From the NCBI GenBank assembly GCA_050916045.1, contig CP051526.1, positions 608,001-672,000 of the forward strand: a DNA stretch of 64,000 nt. The letters are read 5' to 3'. Of the stretch, positions 19,983 to 29,808 are shown one piece after another. The position numbers were made by a program, and so were the translations under genes. The notes beneath the pieces are model-generated. The model searched no databases. It saw only the letters and a list, made by a program, of their open reading frames with translations, and was not told where the DNA came from. The stretch's first letter is position 1, and every line of letters begins with the position of its first letter. Source of the stretch: Tepidisphaera sp. (GTDB taxonomy: Bacteria > Planctomycetota > Phycisphaerae > Phycisphaerales > UBA1924).

Positions 19983-21812
19983 ATGGCGGCGGACAACTCG
20001 GCACCACGATCGCAGCCCGCTTTGGGCAACGCGGTCCTGACCGCGCCGAGGATCGTCGCGCTCTCGCTTCTTCTGGTGGGGTTTGTCGCGGTGTTCTGGC
20101 GGTGGTTTGTCACCCAGCACCGGTACTCGTCCGAGTTCATCCAGGACTGGGGTCATGCCTATGTCGTTCCGCTGATCGCGGCGTACATCGTTTCGCGTCG
20201 CTGGAACGAGGTGATCCGTACGCCGGTGGCGGTTTTCTGGCCCGGGCTTCTGGCGTTCATCGCGGGGCTCTCGGCGTACTTCTTCTTCGTCGTCGGTTTC
20301 CCGAACCACATGAGCCAGGGGTTCTCGCTGGTGCTCGCGGTCTTCGGGCTGGTCCTCTTCACGATGGGCCCCGCGATGATGCGGATCCTGTTCCTGCCCA
20401 TCGCGTTCCTTCTGTTCGGGGTCACGATCTCGGACCAGATCATGATTCTGATCACGTTCAAGCTTCAGAACATCTCCGCCTGGGGCGGCTACTACTTCCT
20501 GGCGGTGCTCTCCCCGATCTTCGGATTCACGGTCTCGCTGACGGGCAACAACATCGAGATCGTGAAAAACGACGGCTCGACGATCCCGCTCGGCATCGCC
20601 GAAGCGTGCTCTGGCATGCGGATGGTTGTCGCGTTCATCGCGCTCGCGGGGGCGGTCGCCCTGCTTTCCTGCCAGCTTTGGTGGCAGCGGACGGCGGTGA
20701 TGCTTCTCGCGGTGCCGGTGGCGGTGCTGATGAATCTGGTCCGCATCGCAGTGCTGGGCCTGCTTTCGCTGATTGATCCCAAGCTCGCCACGGGCGACGC
20801 TCACATCTTCGTCGGCACCCTCCTGCTGATCCCCGCGCTCGGGCTTTTCATGGCGGCCGTCTGGTCGCTTGACAAGATCTGGATTCCGGGCGAAGCGGAG
20901 AAGCCGGAGCCGGCCCCGCGCGGTCCGGTCGTCCTCGCGGACCGTGCGGGTTGGGCGATCCTGGGCCGCAAGGGTGTGCTGGTCACGCTTCTCACCTTGA
21001 CGCTCAGCTCGGCGGCGGTCAACGCCGCGATCGTCTTCGGCGGGTTCGTGACGGTCAAGCTTCCGATCTATCCCGAGGACGGCCGGGCGCTGATGGCGAT
21101 CTCGCCGACCGCGCTGGACAGCTGGTCGGCGGTGGGCCCTGACCTTCGCGAGAACGACGAGGTCGAGAAGACCCTTGGCACGAGCAATTACCTCACGCGG
21201 CGGTACGTGAAGAACGATCCCGATCCGCGCGGCAAGCCCAAGTCGCTCCAGCTGCACTCCGCGTACTACACGGGGTCGATCGACACCGTGCCTCACGTGC
21301 CCGAGCGCTGCATGGTGGGCGCGGGGTGGCAGATCGACTCGGATCCTCGGATCCTCTCCGTCAATCTCGACCGCTCCCGCTGGGTCCCCGACCCGCGCGA
21401 TCCCGAAGCGATGAAGCTCGGCTACCTGCGGATGCGCACGGGCTCCAAGAGCGACAAGCCCGGCTGGCCGGTGAACCTGCCCAAGGGGATCGGCGACGTC
21501 CGGATGCAGGTGACGCGGTTCATCGCGCCCGACGGGACCAAGCTTTACGCGGGCTATTTCTTCGTGGCCAACGGCCAGGTCGCGACGACGGCGTTCGACG
21601 TGCGCCGCATGGCGTTCGACAAGACCGCGAAGTATGCGTATTACATGAAGATTCAGTTCTCGACCGTGGACGCGGCGAGCGAAGCGGAGTTCGTCGAGCG
21701 TTCGGCGGACCTGCTGAATGAACTTCTGCCCGAGCTGATGCGTTGTGTGCCCGACTGGCTCAAGGTCGAGCGGGGCGAGTACCCCCTCGCCGAAGCGGCG
21801 GACGGAAAGTAA
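19983..21812 (+). CDS. Exosortase (EpsH family) with EpsI-like C-terminal domain
   Basis: About 8 TM helices with AEACSGMR (Cys), NLVRI (Arg) and DAHIF (His); soluble tail with YYTG..PHVPERCMVGAGW; alternative start 19848. Confidence 0.88.
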   Translation: MAADNSAPRSQPALGNAVLTAPRIVALSLLLVGFVAVFWRWFVTQHRYSSEFIQDWGHAYVVPLIAAYIVSRRWNEVIRTPVAVFWPGLLAFIAGLSAYFFFVVGFPNHMSQGFSLVLAVFGLVLFTMGPAMMRILFLPIAFLLFGVTISDQIMILITFKLQNISAWGGYYFLAVLSPIFGFTVSLTGNNIEIVKNDGSTIPLGIAEACSGMRMVVAFIALAGAVALLSCQLWWQRTAVMLLAVPVAVLMNLVRIAVLGLLSLIDPKLATGDAHIFVGTLLLIPALGLFMAAVWSLDKIWIPGEAEKPEPAPRGPVVLADRAGWAILGRKGVLVTLLTLTLSSAAVNAAIVFGGFVTVKLPIYPEDGRALMAISPTALDSWSAVGPDLRENDEVEKTLGTSNYLTRRYVKNDPDPRGKPKSLQLHSAYYTGSIDTVPHVPERCMVGAGWQIDSDPRILSVNLDRSRWVPDPRDPEAMKLGYLRMRTGSKSDKPGWPVNLPKGIGDVRMQVTRFIAPDGTKLYAGYFFVANGQVATTAFDVRRMAFDKTAKYAYYMKIQFSTVDAASEAEFVERSADLLNELLPELMRCVPDWLKVERGEYPLAEAADGK

Positions 21813-21858
21813 ACGAGCGAATCATCGCGCGTCTGGAGCGCGAAAAAGGAGTTGGTGA

Positions 21859-24800
21859 ATGGCGGCCTCGCGTGTGAATACGAAATTTGTGGTGATCCTG
21901 GTGGGCGCGCTGGTCACGGTCGCGATGGGCGGCGGCGGCGTGGCGTACTTCTACGTGACCAACAACGCCGGTCGCCTCGAGGAACTGGGCACCAAGGCCT
22001 ACGAGGCCGGCGACTACTCCAAGGCCGAGAAGCTCCTCTCCAAAGCCGTCAACAAGGAGCAGACCAACCCCGAGTACATCCGCAAGTGGATCGCGGCCAT
22101 GGAAAAGGTCACTCCCGAATCGGAGAACACCTTCCGCACCAAGTACGCGGACTACTACGCGGCCAATGTCGCCCTCGCCCGGCGAGCCCTCAAGACCGAC
22201 ATCGCCGCCCACCGCAACGCGCTGGAGATGGCTCACCGCGAGATCAAGGACCGCACCGGCGACACCACCGGCAACCTCGAGATGGTCCGGTCCGTCGATG
22301 AAGCCCTGGGTTTTTTCGACCCCGCCAAGCCCGGCCCCCACGACGTCCTCCGCAAGTACAGCGGCATGGCCATGCTCCGGAGCTACGAAGCCTCCGCCAA
22401 CCTGACCGAGGAAGAGATCAATCGCGCCCGCACGGACCTCGAAGCCGCCGTCGCCGCCGACCCCTCCGACGGCGAAGCCGTCACCGGCCTGGCCCGTTGG
22501 TACGACCGTCGCGCGTACAACCTCGCCAACAAGCAGGACATCACCGCCGCGACCGAAGCCCGGCAGAAAGCCCGCCAGATCCTCGCCGACTTCGTCACGA
22601 CGCATCCCGACGACGTCTACGGCCAGCTCTGGGACATGATGGTCTTCGTCACCGAGCAGGAATCCATGATCCGCGAGCTCGCGTCTGAGGAGGCACGCAT
22701 CGCCGCCGCGCGGGAAGCCGCCGCCGGCGCATCCCAGCGATTGGACAAGCTCGAAGCCGCACTCAACAAGGTCGATCCCGCCAAGGTCGACATCGCCATG
22801 GTCGGACGCCTCGCCGCCCTCGAAATGCGGTTCAGCACCACCGGCCCCACCCGCGCGTCGGCTTTGTACGAAAAGCTCTCGATCGCGCGCCCGGACGACA
22901 CCCGCGTGCTGATCTCGCAAGCCGGCCTGATGGGCGAGCGGTTCAAGGAAGCCGAAGCCCTGGTCATCCTGAAGAAGCTCGTCGAGTTGCCCCAGAAGCC
23001 CGTCAGCTTCGAAGGCATCGTGCAGTTCTCCGACAGGTTGCGGGCCAACTACCTCCGCGCCCTGTACTCGATCCGCCTCTGGGAACGCGAGCAGGAACCG
23101 GCGGCCAAGAAAGTCCTGATCGAGCAGGCCCGCGAGTTCCGTGGCAAGCTCGCCGAGTCCGTGCCCGTCGACTCCCCCGAAGTGCTCTTCATCGATGCTC
23201 ACCTTGACATCGCCAAGGAGGACTACGGCCAGGCCAGCAAGAAGCTCGCTGAGTACAACCGCAAGATGAACTCCTCGGACCCGCAGGGTCTCTGGATGTT
23301 CGCCGAGTGTGCGCTCCGGCTGAGCAACGACGGCGTCGCTGAATCCGCGCTCCGCCAGCTGATCGCCCGCGAGCCTCTGAACGGTCGCGGCTCGATGCGT
23401 CTCGCCGAGATCCTCATCCGTCAGCGTCGCGCCCAGGAAGCCATCCCGCTGCTCAAGCGAGCTCAGGAGCTCCTGCCCGCGTCCGCGACCCAGATCGCTT
23501 CGCTCGCCGAGAAGGCAGAGGCGATGGTGACCGGCGACACCACCAAGCTCGACGCGGTGTCCAAGCTTCTGCTGGACTGTGATGCGCTCGAGAACCAGGG
23601 CAAAGTTGACGAGGCTTTCGCCCTGCTCACCAAGGGCTACGAGGAGTCCAAGGACATCCGCCTTGCCCCCGCGCTCGCGTATCGCATGGACCAGCGCGGC
23701 AAGCGTGCCGAAGCTCTCGCGATCGTCGAAGCCGGCCTCGCCAAAGACGCTTCGGACCCCCGTCTCAAGCAGATGAAGGTCATGATGACGGTCTCCGATC
23801 CGATCGAGCAGCGCCTCATCATGATCGATCAGACGCAGGCGCCCGCGATCGAGAAGCTCATCGCCAAGATCCAGGTCCTTCGTTCCAACAACCTTCGTGA
23901 GCGTGCGGATCAGTTCCTCAAGGAAGCCCTCGCGATCGACCCCAACAACGCCGCGGCGATCGAGATCCAGTTCATGTCCGCTCTGGACGACAAGGACTTC
24001 GCCGCAGCCGGTCGCTTCGAAGCCGAAGCTTCGCGCCGCGACATCGACCTGATCCAGGGCGCGACGTTCAAAGCCCGCCTGCTCGACGCGCAGGGCAAGC
24101 TCGCCGACGCCGTCCGCGTCCTCGAAGCCGAACAGACCAAGCCGACCTTCGGGCCTCCCGCGGCCCGCATGCTTGCCCAGATGTACGTCCGCCAGCGCCG
24201 CATTCCCGAAGCCATCGAGATGCTCCGCGGCGCGATCGCCAAGAAGCCCGCCGACCGCGACTCGCTTCTCGCTCTGGCGATGCTCCTGGTCCGCTCGGAC
24301 CAGGGCCGCGAAGCTCTCAACGAGCTTCGCTCCAAGCAGCAGATCCACGTCAGCGACGCCGAGATCCAGGACCTCTGGCTCCAGCTCGAAGCCCGTTACG
24401 GCGAGAAGGAGCTCGCGCTCTCCAACCGCCGCAAGCAGCTTGAGCTTCGCCCCAGCGACCGCCCGACGCAGATGGCCATCGCCCAGCTTCTCGTCGACAT
24501 GCGCCAGTTCCCGGGCGCGATGGACATGATCAACCAGGTCAAGAAGACCGGCGGCAAAGACGAGGTCGTCGGACTCGAAGCCCAGTGGTACGCCGATCAG
24601 GGCAACCTCTCGGGTGCCAAGAAGGTCTTCGACGACTACATCGCGTCCGTCGAGCCCTCCAAGCTCACGCCCGAGATGTTCCTCGGCAAGGGCCGGTTCA
24701 TGGAACGCCTCAACCAGATCAACGACGCGGAAGCCGCGTACAAGGAAGCCGCCAAGTACCAGTCCGCCAAGACGCTCGACGCCGATCGCGCCCTGGCCGA

Positions 24801-26439
24801 CCTCTACATGAACCAGAACGGCGTCGCCGAAGCCCGCGCTCTGTATCAGAAGATCGTCGACTCCGGCGCCGACACCGCCGAGAAGCTGTACGCCCGCAAG
24901 CTCGTGGACACCCAGCTCCGTCTCGCCGACGGCGCCGGCGCCCTCAAGACCCTCGCCGCCATGGGCGAGGTCGTCACCAACGACCCCCAGCTCATGCTCC
25001 AGCAGGCCGAGGGCGTCCGCCTCACCGGCGATGAAAAGAAGTCCGCCGAGCTCGTCGAAGCCGCCGTCGCCAAGTTCCCCAACGAGCCCTTTGTCTACTA
25101 CCGCCGTGCCGTGATGAACCTCAAGTTCACCGAGCTCCGCGACGAGGTCCGCCGCGACTTCCTGAAATCCATCGAGATCCGCCCGACCTTCTGGCAGGCC
25201 CGGCGCGACCTCGCCCGCATGTACAACCAGGACGGCGACTTCCAGTCCGCGCTCAACCAGATGCGCGAAGCCGTCAAGTTTAACCCGATGATCGACGAGC
25301 TCCGCGTCACCCTCGTCCGCGACCTGCTCGCCCAGCAGCGCGACATGGACGCCGCCAACGTCATCGAAGCCGTCATCGAACGCCGGCCCGACGACGTCGG
25401 ACTGCTGCTCAACTCCGGCGACCTCTTCCGCGAAGCCGGTCTCAGCGAACGCGCCCTGGATTACTACAAGCGCGCCTTTGAGATCAGCAAGCAGCTCGCG
25501 GTCGTCACCCGCTACCTCGACCTGCTACACGCCAAGACCCCCGAGCCCGATCTGATCGAAGCCGACCGCGTCCTCGCGGCCGTCAAGGACATGCAGGACA
25601 CCGAACCGCCGCTGCTCATGGCCCGCGCCAAGCAGCTCATCATGCGCAAGAAGGTCAAGGAAGGCATCAGCGACATCGTCTCCTCGATCCGCCGCATCCG
25701 CCCCGACCAGCCCGGCATGATCATGGCCTGGTTCGGCGACATCAAGCGCATGCTCAAGGACCCCAAGGATGTCACCCTCATCCTCGACACCGTCGACAAG
25801 GAAAAGCTCATCCCCGGCTGGACTTCGTACTTCAAAGCCGGCACGCTGATGGAAAAGGAAGAGACCCGCGCCGAAGCGACGGCGATGTTCGAGAAGATGA
25901 TGGTCGAGATCAAGGACCCCGTCCTCCTCCGGCAGGTCGCCCTTGCTCTCCAGGCCCGGTACTACCAGGCCAACGACTGTGAGAACGGCCTCCGCGTCAT
26001 GCGGCAGTCCGTCGAGTGGTTCCCCAACGACGCCTACGTCCTCAACAACCTCGCGTACATGATGGTTAGGTGCGGGGATGATCCGGCCAAAGCCGTCCCG
26101 ATCGCCGAGCGCGCCATCCAGGCGATGCTCAACGTCGGCCGGTCCTCCGCCGACATCTACGACACCATGGGCATGGTCTACGTCCGGGCCGGCATGCTCG
26201 ACAAGGCGATGCTCCCGCTCCAGGCGGCCCTCGCCGAGGTCGGGAACTCCCCCGTCCGCGCGACCGTCCTGATGCACATCGCCGAGTACCACGTCGCTCG
26301 CGGCAACCGCAAGCTCGCCGAAGAGTGCCTCGCGGAAGCCGAGAAGATCATGATCGCCGCCCCCAACGCCTCGGCGGGCGCGGGTCATGCTGAACTCTTC
26401 AAGCTGGTCAAGGACAAACTCGACAAGATGCCCAAGTAA
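21859..26439 (+). CDS. Large membrane-anchored TPR protein
   Basis: N-terminal TM helix; TPR-like helices throughout, e.g. VLNNLAYMM and IYDTMGMVY; 1526 aa. Confidence 0.85.
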   Translation: MAASRVNTKFVVILVGALVTVAMGGGGVAYFYVTNNAGRLEELGTKAYEAGDYSKAEKLLSKAVNKEQTNPEYIRKWIAAMEKVTPESENTFRTKYADYYAANVALARRALKTDIAAHRNALEMAHREIKDRTGDTTGNLEMVRSVDEALGFFDPAKPGPHDVLRKYSGMAMLRSYEASANLTEEEINRARTDLEAAVAADPSDGEAVTGLARWYDRRAYNLANKQDITAATEARQKARQILADFVTTHPDDVYGQLWDMMVFVTEQESMIRELASEEARIAAAREAAAGASQRLDKLEAALNKVDPAKVDIAMVGRLAALEMRFSTTGPTRASALYEKLSIARPDDTRVLISQAGLMGERFKEAEALVILKKLVELPQKPVSFEGIVQFSDRLRANYLRALYSIRLWEREQEPAAKKVLIEQAREFRGKLAESVPVDSPEVLFIDAHLDIAKEDYGQASKKLAEYNRKMNSSDPQGLWMFAECALRLSNDGVAESALRQLIAREPLNGRGSMRLAEILIRQRRAQEAIPLLKRAQELLPASATQIASLAEKAEAMVTGDTTKLDAVSKLLLDCDALENQGKVDEAFALLTKGYEESKDIRLAPALAYRMDQRGKRAEALAIVEAGLAKDASDPRLKQMKVMMTVSDPIEQRLIMIDQTQAPAIEKLIAKIQVLRSNNLRERADQFLKEALAIDPNNAAAIEIQFMSALDDKDFAAAGRFEAEASRRDIDLIQGATFKARLLDAQGKLADAVRVLEAEQTKPTFGPPAARMLAQMYVRQRRIPEAIEMLRGAIAKKPADRDSLLALAMLLVRSDQGREALNELRSKQQIHVSDAEIQDLWLQLEARYGEKELALSNRRKQLELRPSDRPTQMAIAQLLVDMRQFPGAMDMINQVKKTGGKDEVVGLEAQWYADQGNLSGAKKVFDDYIASVEPSKLTPEMFLGKGRFMERLNQINDAEAAYKEAAKYQSAKTLDADRALADLYMNQNGVAEARALYQKIVDSGADTAEKLYARKLVDTQLRLADGAGALKTLAAMGEVVTNDPQLMLQQAEGVRLTGDEKKSAELVEAAVAKFPNEPFVYYRRAVMNLKFTELRDEVRRDFLKSIEIRPTFWQARRDLARMYNQDGDFQSALNQMREAVKFNPMIDELRVTLVRDLLAQQRDMDAANVIEAVIERRPDDVGLLLNSGDLFREAGLSERALDYYKRAFEISKQLAVVTRYLDLLHAKTPEPDLIEADRVLAAVKDMQDTEPPLLMARAKQLIMRKKVKEGISDIVSSIRRIRPDQPGMIMAWFGDIKRMLKDPKDVTLILDTVDKEKLIPGWTSYFKAGTLMEKEETRAEATAMFEKMMVEIKDPVLLRQVALALQARYYQANDCENGLRVMRQSVEWFPNDAYVLNNLAYMMVRCGDDPAKAVPIAERAIQAMLNVGRSSADIYDTMGMVYVRAGMLDKAMLPLQAALAEVGNSPVRATVLMHIAEYHVARGNRKLAEECLAEAEKIMIAAPNASAGAGHAELFKLVKDKLDKMPK

Positions 26440-26508
26440 CATCGACGGGCGCACCACGCCCGAGCGGGGGTTGGAGGCGGGGCGACAAGCCCCCGGAAGG
26501 AAAGACCT

Positions 26509-28731
26509 ATGACGACGGTTCCCACGACAATGAGCCAGAACATCCGGACGCAGGCCCAGCCCGCGCCCGCCCCCGCCGCAGGCATGGGCGTGGATCCGGT
26601 GAAGTTGATCCTCCGCAACAAGTGGCTCCTCGCCGGCGCCCTCGCCGCCGGCATCGTGCTCGGCGGCATCTCGCACTACGTCGCGATGTACACCTACCCG
26701 ATGTACCGCCCGCGCGCGCTCTTCGAGTGCTTCCCGCCCGAAACCAGCCCGTGGGAACTCTCCGGCGCCGGCGGCGCGGTCAGCAACGAGGAAGTCGGAA
26801 CCTTCATGCAGACGCAGGTGCGCCTCATGACCTCCGAAGAACTCGTCCAGTCCGTCGTCGACAGCCAAAAGCTCCGCGACATCGCTCCCAAATGGGCCGA
26901 CCGGTTCAAGAAGAGCAACGGCGACTACGACACCACCAAGATGTTCCGCGCCTTCGAGTCGGACCTCCGGGCCAAGGTCCTCACCCAGACCCGCCTCATC
27001 GAGATGACCTTCACCTGGAAGGACAAGGATGAAGCCGCCGACGTCGTCAAGCTCGTCATGAACGAGCACATGGAACGCGTCCGCCGCAAGAACGACATCC
27101 AGTTCAAGGAGCGTACCGACGCCCTCAACAAGACCATCGAGGACGCCAAACGCGAAGTGCTCCTCCTCCAGGCCGCACAGGCCAACCTCATCCGCGACAA
27201 AAAGGTCGACTCGGTCGACCAGCGACTGACCGAAGCCAACATCAAGCTCGAACTCGTCAACACCAAGCTCTCCGAGCTCACCGGTCAGCAGACGGACATC
27301 GAAACCCGCATCAAGATCCGCGAAGCCCAGAAGAACCACGAAAGCGGAATCCCGCAGATCCCCGAGGAAATCAAGAGCCGCGTCAGCCGCGACCCCTTTA
27401 TCCTCAGCCTCCAGCAGGACATCACCGGACTCGTCACCTCCATCGAAGGTCTCAAGCTCGAAGGCCTCCAGCCCGCCCACAAGCAGGTCAAAGCCCTTGA
27501 GTCCCGCCTTCAGGCCGCTCGCGCCCAGCTCGAAGCCAAACAGCAGGAACTCTGGACGCAGGAGTTCGAGTCCGAACTCAACGAGATGAAGAACCTCGAG
27601 GAGTCGCTCAAGCAGCAGATCGCCATCTCCCAGAACGAAGCCGACCGGCTCCGCACCCGCCAGACCGAGCTCGCCGGCGTCCTCACCCAGCTTGAGGACA
27701 TGAAGTCCAAGATCAACTTCCAGCAGATGGGCATTCAGGAAGCCACCCAGAAGCTCCGCGACCTCAACGTCGTCATCGCCCAGCCCACCGCCGGCCGAAT
27801 CGTCAAGCTTCAGGACACCATCCGCATCCCCAAGGAGCCCTTCTTCCCCAAGCTCCTCTTCATGGTCCCCGCGGGCGGCATCCTCGTGCTCGGCCTCACC
27901 GGCGGCATCGTGGTGCTCCGCGAAGTTCTTGACCAGCGCATCAAGGGGCCTGGCGACATCGGCCTCATCCCGCGCACCCGCCTGCTCGGCTGGATCGCCG
28001 ACGCCGGCGAAGACCCGGCCGGCCCGGGCGTCGTCGAGACCGCTTTCCGCGACCGCCCGCGCGGCGTCCTCGCGGAGAACTTCCGCCAGATCCGCTCCTC
28101 CCTCCTCAAGAAGATGGAGGTCGCGGGACACAAGACCGTGCTCGTCGCGGGCTGCATGCCCTCCTCGGGTTCCACAAGCGTCGCGGCCAACCTCGCGCTG
28201 GCCTGCGCCGCTTCGGGCAAAAACGTGCTCCTCATCGACGGCAACTTCCGCCGCCCGGCGATGCACCGCGTCTTCGGCGTCTCCGAGGGCCCGGGCCTGG
28301 GCGATGTGCTCGCGGGCGAGGTCACGCTCGACGCCGCGGCCCAGTCGCTCAAGGACGTTCCGACCATGAAGGTCCTGACCGCGGGCACCGCCGCCAAGCG
28401 CGTGTACGAAGCCCTGGCTTCGGACAAGCTCAGCGAGTTGCTCAGCCAGGCCCGCACCAAGTTCGACTGCGTCTTCGTGGACGTCGCCCCGGCGGTCGTC
28501 TCCGGCGATGCCGTCTCGGTCGCCAACCGCACCGACGCGTCGATCCTCGTCGCACGCACCTTCAACGAGAAGCGCGGCATGATCGCCCGTGTCAAGAACG
28601 AACTCTCCGAAGCCCGCGGCGAGTTCTTCGGCGTCATCGTCAACGGTGTCAAGTCCGCCGCCGGTGGTTACCTCCGCGGCAACATCAAAGCTTCGCACGA
28701 GTACCAGGCCGATCCGGAGGTCAAGGCCTGA
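26509..28731 (+). CDS. Wzc-like polysaccharide co-polymerase with degenerate BY-kinase domain
   Basis: TM, coiled coil, TM; ENFRQIRS, LLIDGNFRRP, GVIVNG; Walker A reads PSSGST. Confidence 0.88.
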   Translation: MTTVPTTMSQNIRTQAQPAPAPAAGMGVDPVKLILRNKWLLAGALAAGIVLGGISHYVAMYTYPMYRPRALFECFPPETSPWELSGAGGAVSNEEVGTFMQTQVRLMTSEELVQSVVDSQKLRDIAPKWADRFKKSNGDYDTTKMFRAFESDLRAKVLTQTRLIEMTFTWKDKDEAADVVKLVMNEHMERVRRKNDIQFKERTDALNKTIEDAKREVLLLQAAQANLIRDKKVDSVDQRLTEANIKLELVNTKLSELTGQQTDIETRIKIREAQKNHESGIPQIPEEIKSRVSRDPFILSLQQDITGLVTSIEGLKLEGLQPAHKQVKALESRLQAARAQLEAKQQELWTQEFESELNEMKNLEESLKQQIAISQNEADRLRTRQTELAGVLTQLEDMKSKINFQQMGIQEATQKLRDLNVVIAQPTAGRIVKLQDTIRIPKEPFFPKLLFMVPAGGILVLGLTGGIVVLREVLDQRIKGPGDIGLIPRTRLLGWIADAGEDPAGPGVVETAFRDRPRGVLAENFRQIRSSLLKKMEVAGHKTVLVAGCMPSSGSTSVAANLALACAASGKNVLLIDGNFRRPAMHRVFGVSEGPGLGDVLAGEVTLDAAAQSLKDVPTMKVLTAGTAAKRVYEALASDKLSELLSQARTKFDCVFVDVAPAVVSGDAVSVANRTDASILVARTFNEKRGMIARVKNELSEARGEFFGVIVNGVKSAAGGYLRGNIKASHEYQADPEVKA

Positions 28732-28746
28732 TCAGGCCGGGAACGC

Positions 28747-29808
28747 ATGGGTACCAGCGCGAACAGCTCGGGGGGGACGGCGTCGGCTTCGTCCCGCCGC
28801 GTCCTCGTGACGGGAGGGTCCGGCTTCATCGGATCCCACCTCACCAAGCTGCTCCTCGCGCGCGGCGACGAGGTCACGGTCATCGACAACCTCTCGACCG
28901 GTCGGCGTGGCAACCTGCCCGACCGGCACGAACGCCTTCGGTTCCTCGAGGGTGACGTCTCGCAGGTGCTCGCGGGGTTCGGACCCGGCGAGCAGTTCGA
29001 TGAGATCTACCACCTCGCCGCCGCCGTCGGCGTCAAGCTTGTGATGGACAACCCCATCCACGCCATCGAGACCAACGTCGGTCGGACCATCGACGTGCTC
29101 CGCTTTGCCCTCACGCGTGCCCCCGGCGGCAAGCCCGCCCGCACGCTCGTGGTCTCGAGTTCCGAGGTCTACGGCAAGGGCTCGAAGAATCCCTTCAGCG
29201 AGGACGACGACGTCGTCTACGGCGCCACGACCATCGCCCGCTGGTGCTACGGGTGCAGCAAAGCCATCGACGAATACCTCGCGATGGCCCACGCCAAGCA
29301 GAACGCCCTCCCCGCCGTGATCGTCCGACTGTTCAACACCGTCGGGCCCGGTCAGGTCGGCGAGTTCGGCATGGTCGTGCCGCGCTTCGTCCGCGCCGCG
29401 CTCGAGAACAAAGCCCTTGAAATCTACGGCGACGGCACCCAGTCACGCTGCTTCTGCGACGTCCGTGACATCGTGGAAGCCATGCCCAGGCTCCTCGCGA
29501 CCCCCGCCTGCTACGGCCGGGTGTTCAACCTCGGCTCCGATCGTTCGATGAGTATCGCCGACCTCGCCCGGACCGTGGTGAAGGTCGTCGGCTCGAGTTC
29601 AGGCGTCAAGCACGTCCCCTACGCCCAGGCCTACGCCCCCGGCTTTGAAGACCTCAAGGACCGCCGGCCCGACCTCTCCCGCATCAAAGCCGCAATCGGC
29701 TGGGAACCCAGGCGTTCCTTCGAAGACACCATCCGTGATGTCGCGGCCTGCATCCGCGAAGAATCGGGCGATGCGGCCTCCCGCGGCCTGACAGGAGCGA
29801 TCCCGTGA
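28747..29808 (+). CDS. NAD-dependent nucleotide-sugar epimerase/dehydratase
   Basis: GGSGFIG, SSSEVYG, YGCSK, RLFNTVGP, GDGTQSRCF. Confidence 0.93.
   Translation: MGTSANSSGGTASASSRRVLVTGGSGFIGSHLTKLLLARGDEVTVIDNLSTGRRGNLPDRHERLRFLEGDVSQVLAGFGPGEQFDEIYHLAAAVGVKLVMDNPIHAIETNVGRTIDVLRFALTRAPGGKPARTLVVSSSEVYGKGSKNPFSEDDDVVYGATTIARWCYGCSKAIDEYLAMAHAKQNALPAVIVRLFNTVGPGQVGEFGMVVPRFVRAALENKALEIYGDGTQSRCFCDVRDIVEAMPRLLATPACYGRVFNLGSDRSMSIADLARTVVKVVGSSSGVKHVPYAQAYAPGFEDLKDRRPDLSRIKAAIGWEPRRSFEDTIRDVAACIREESGDAASRGLTGAIP

Noticed and set aside
21760..28698. Very long antisense ORFs (21760-24348, 25525-28698; similarly 33626-35812, 38051-40921, 54319-56691)
   Set aside because: These are shadow frames of high-GC genes with biased codons; they have no recognisable motifs and fully overlap confident genes.
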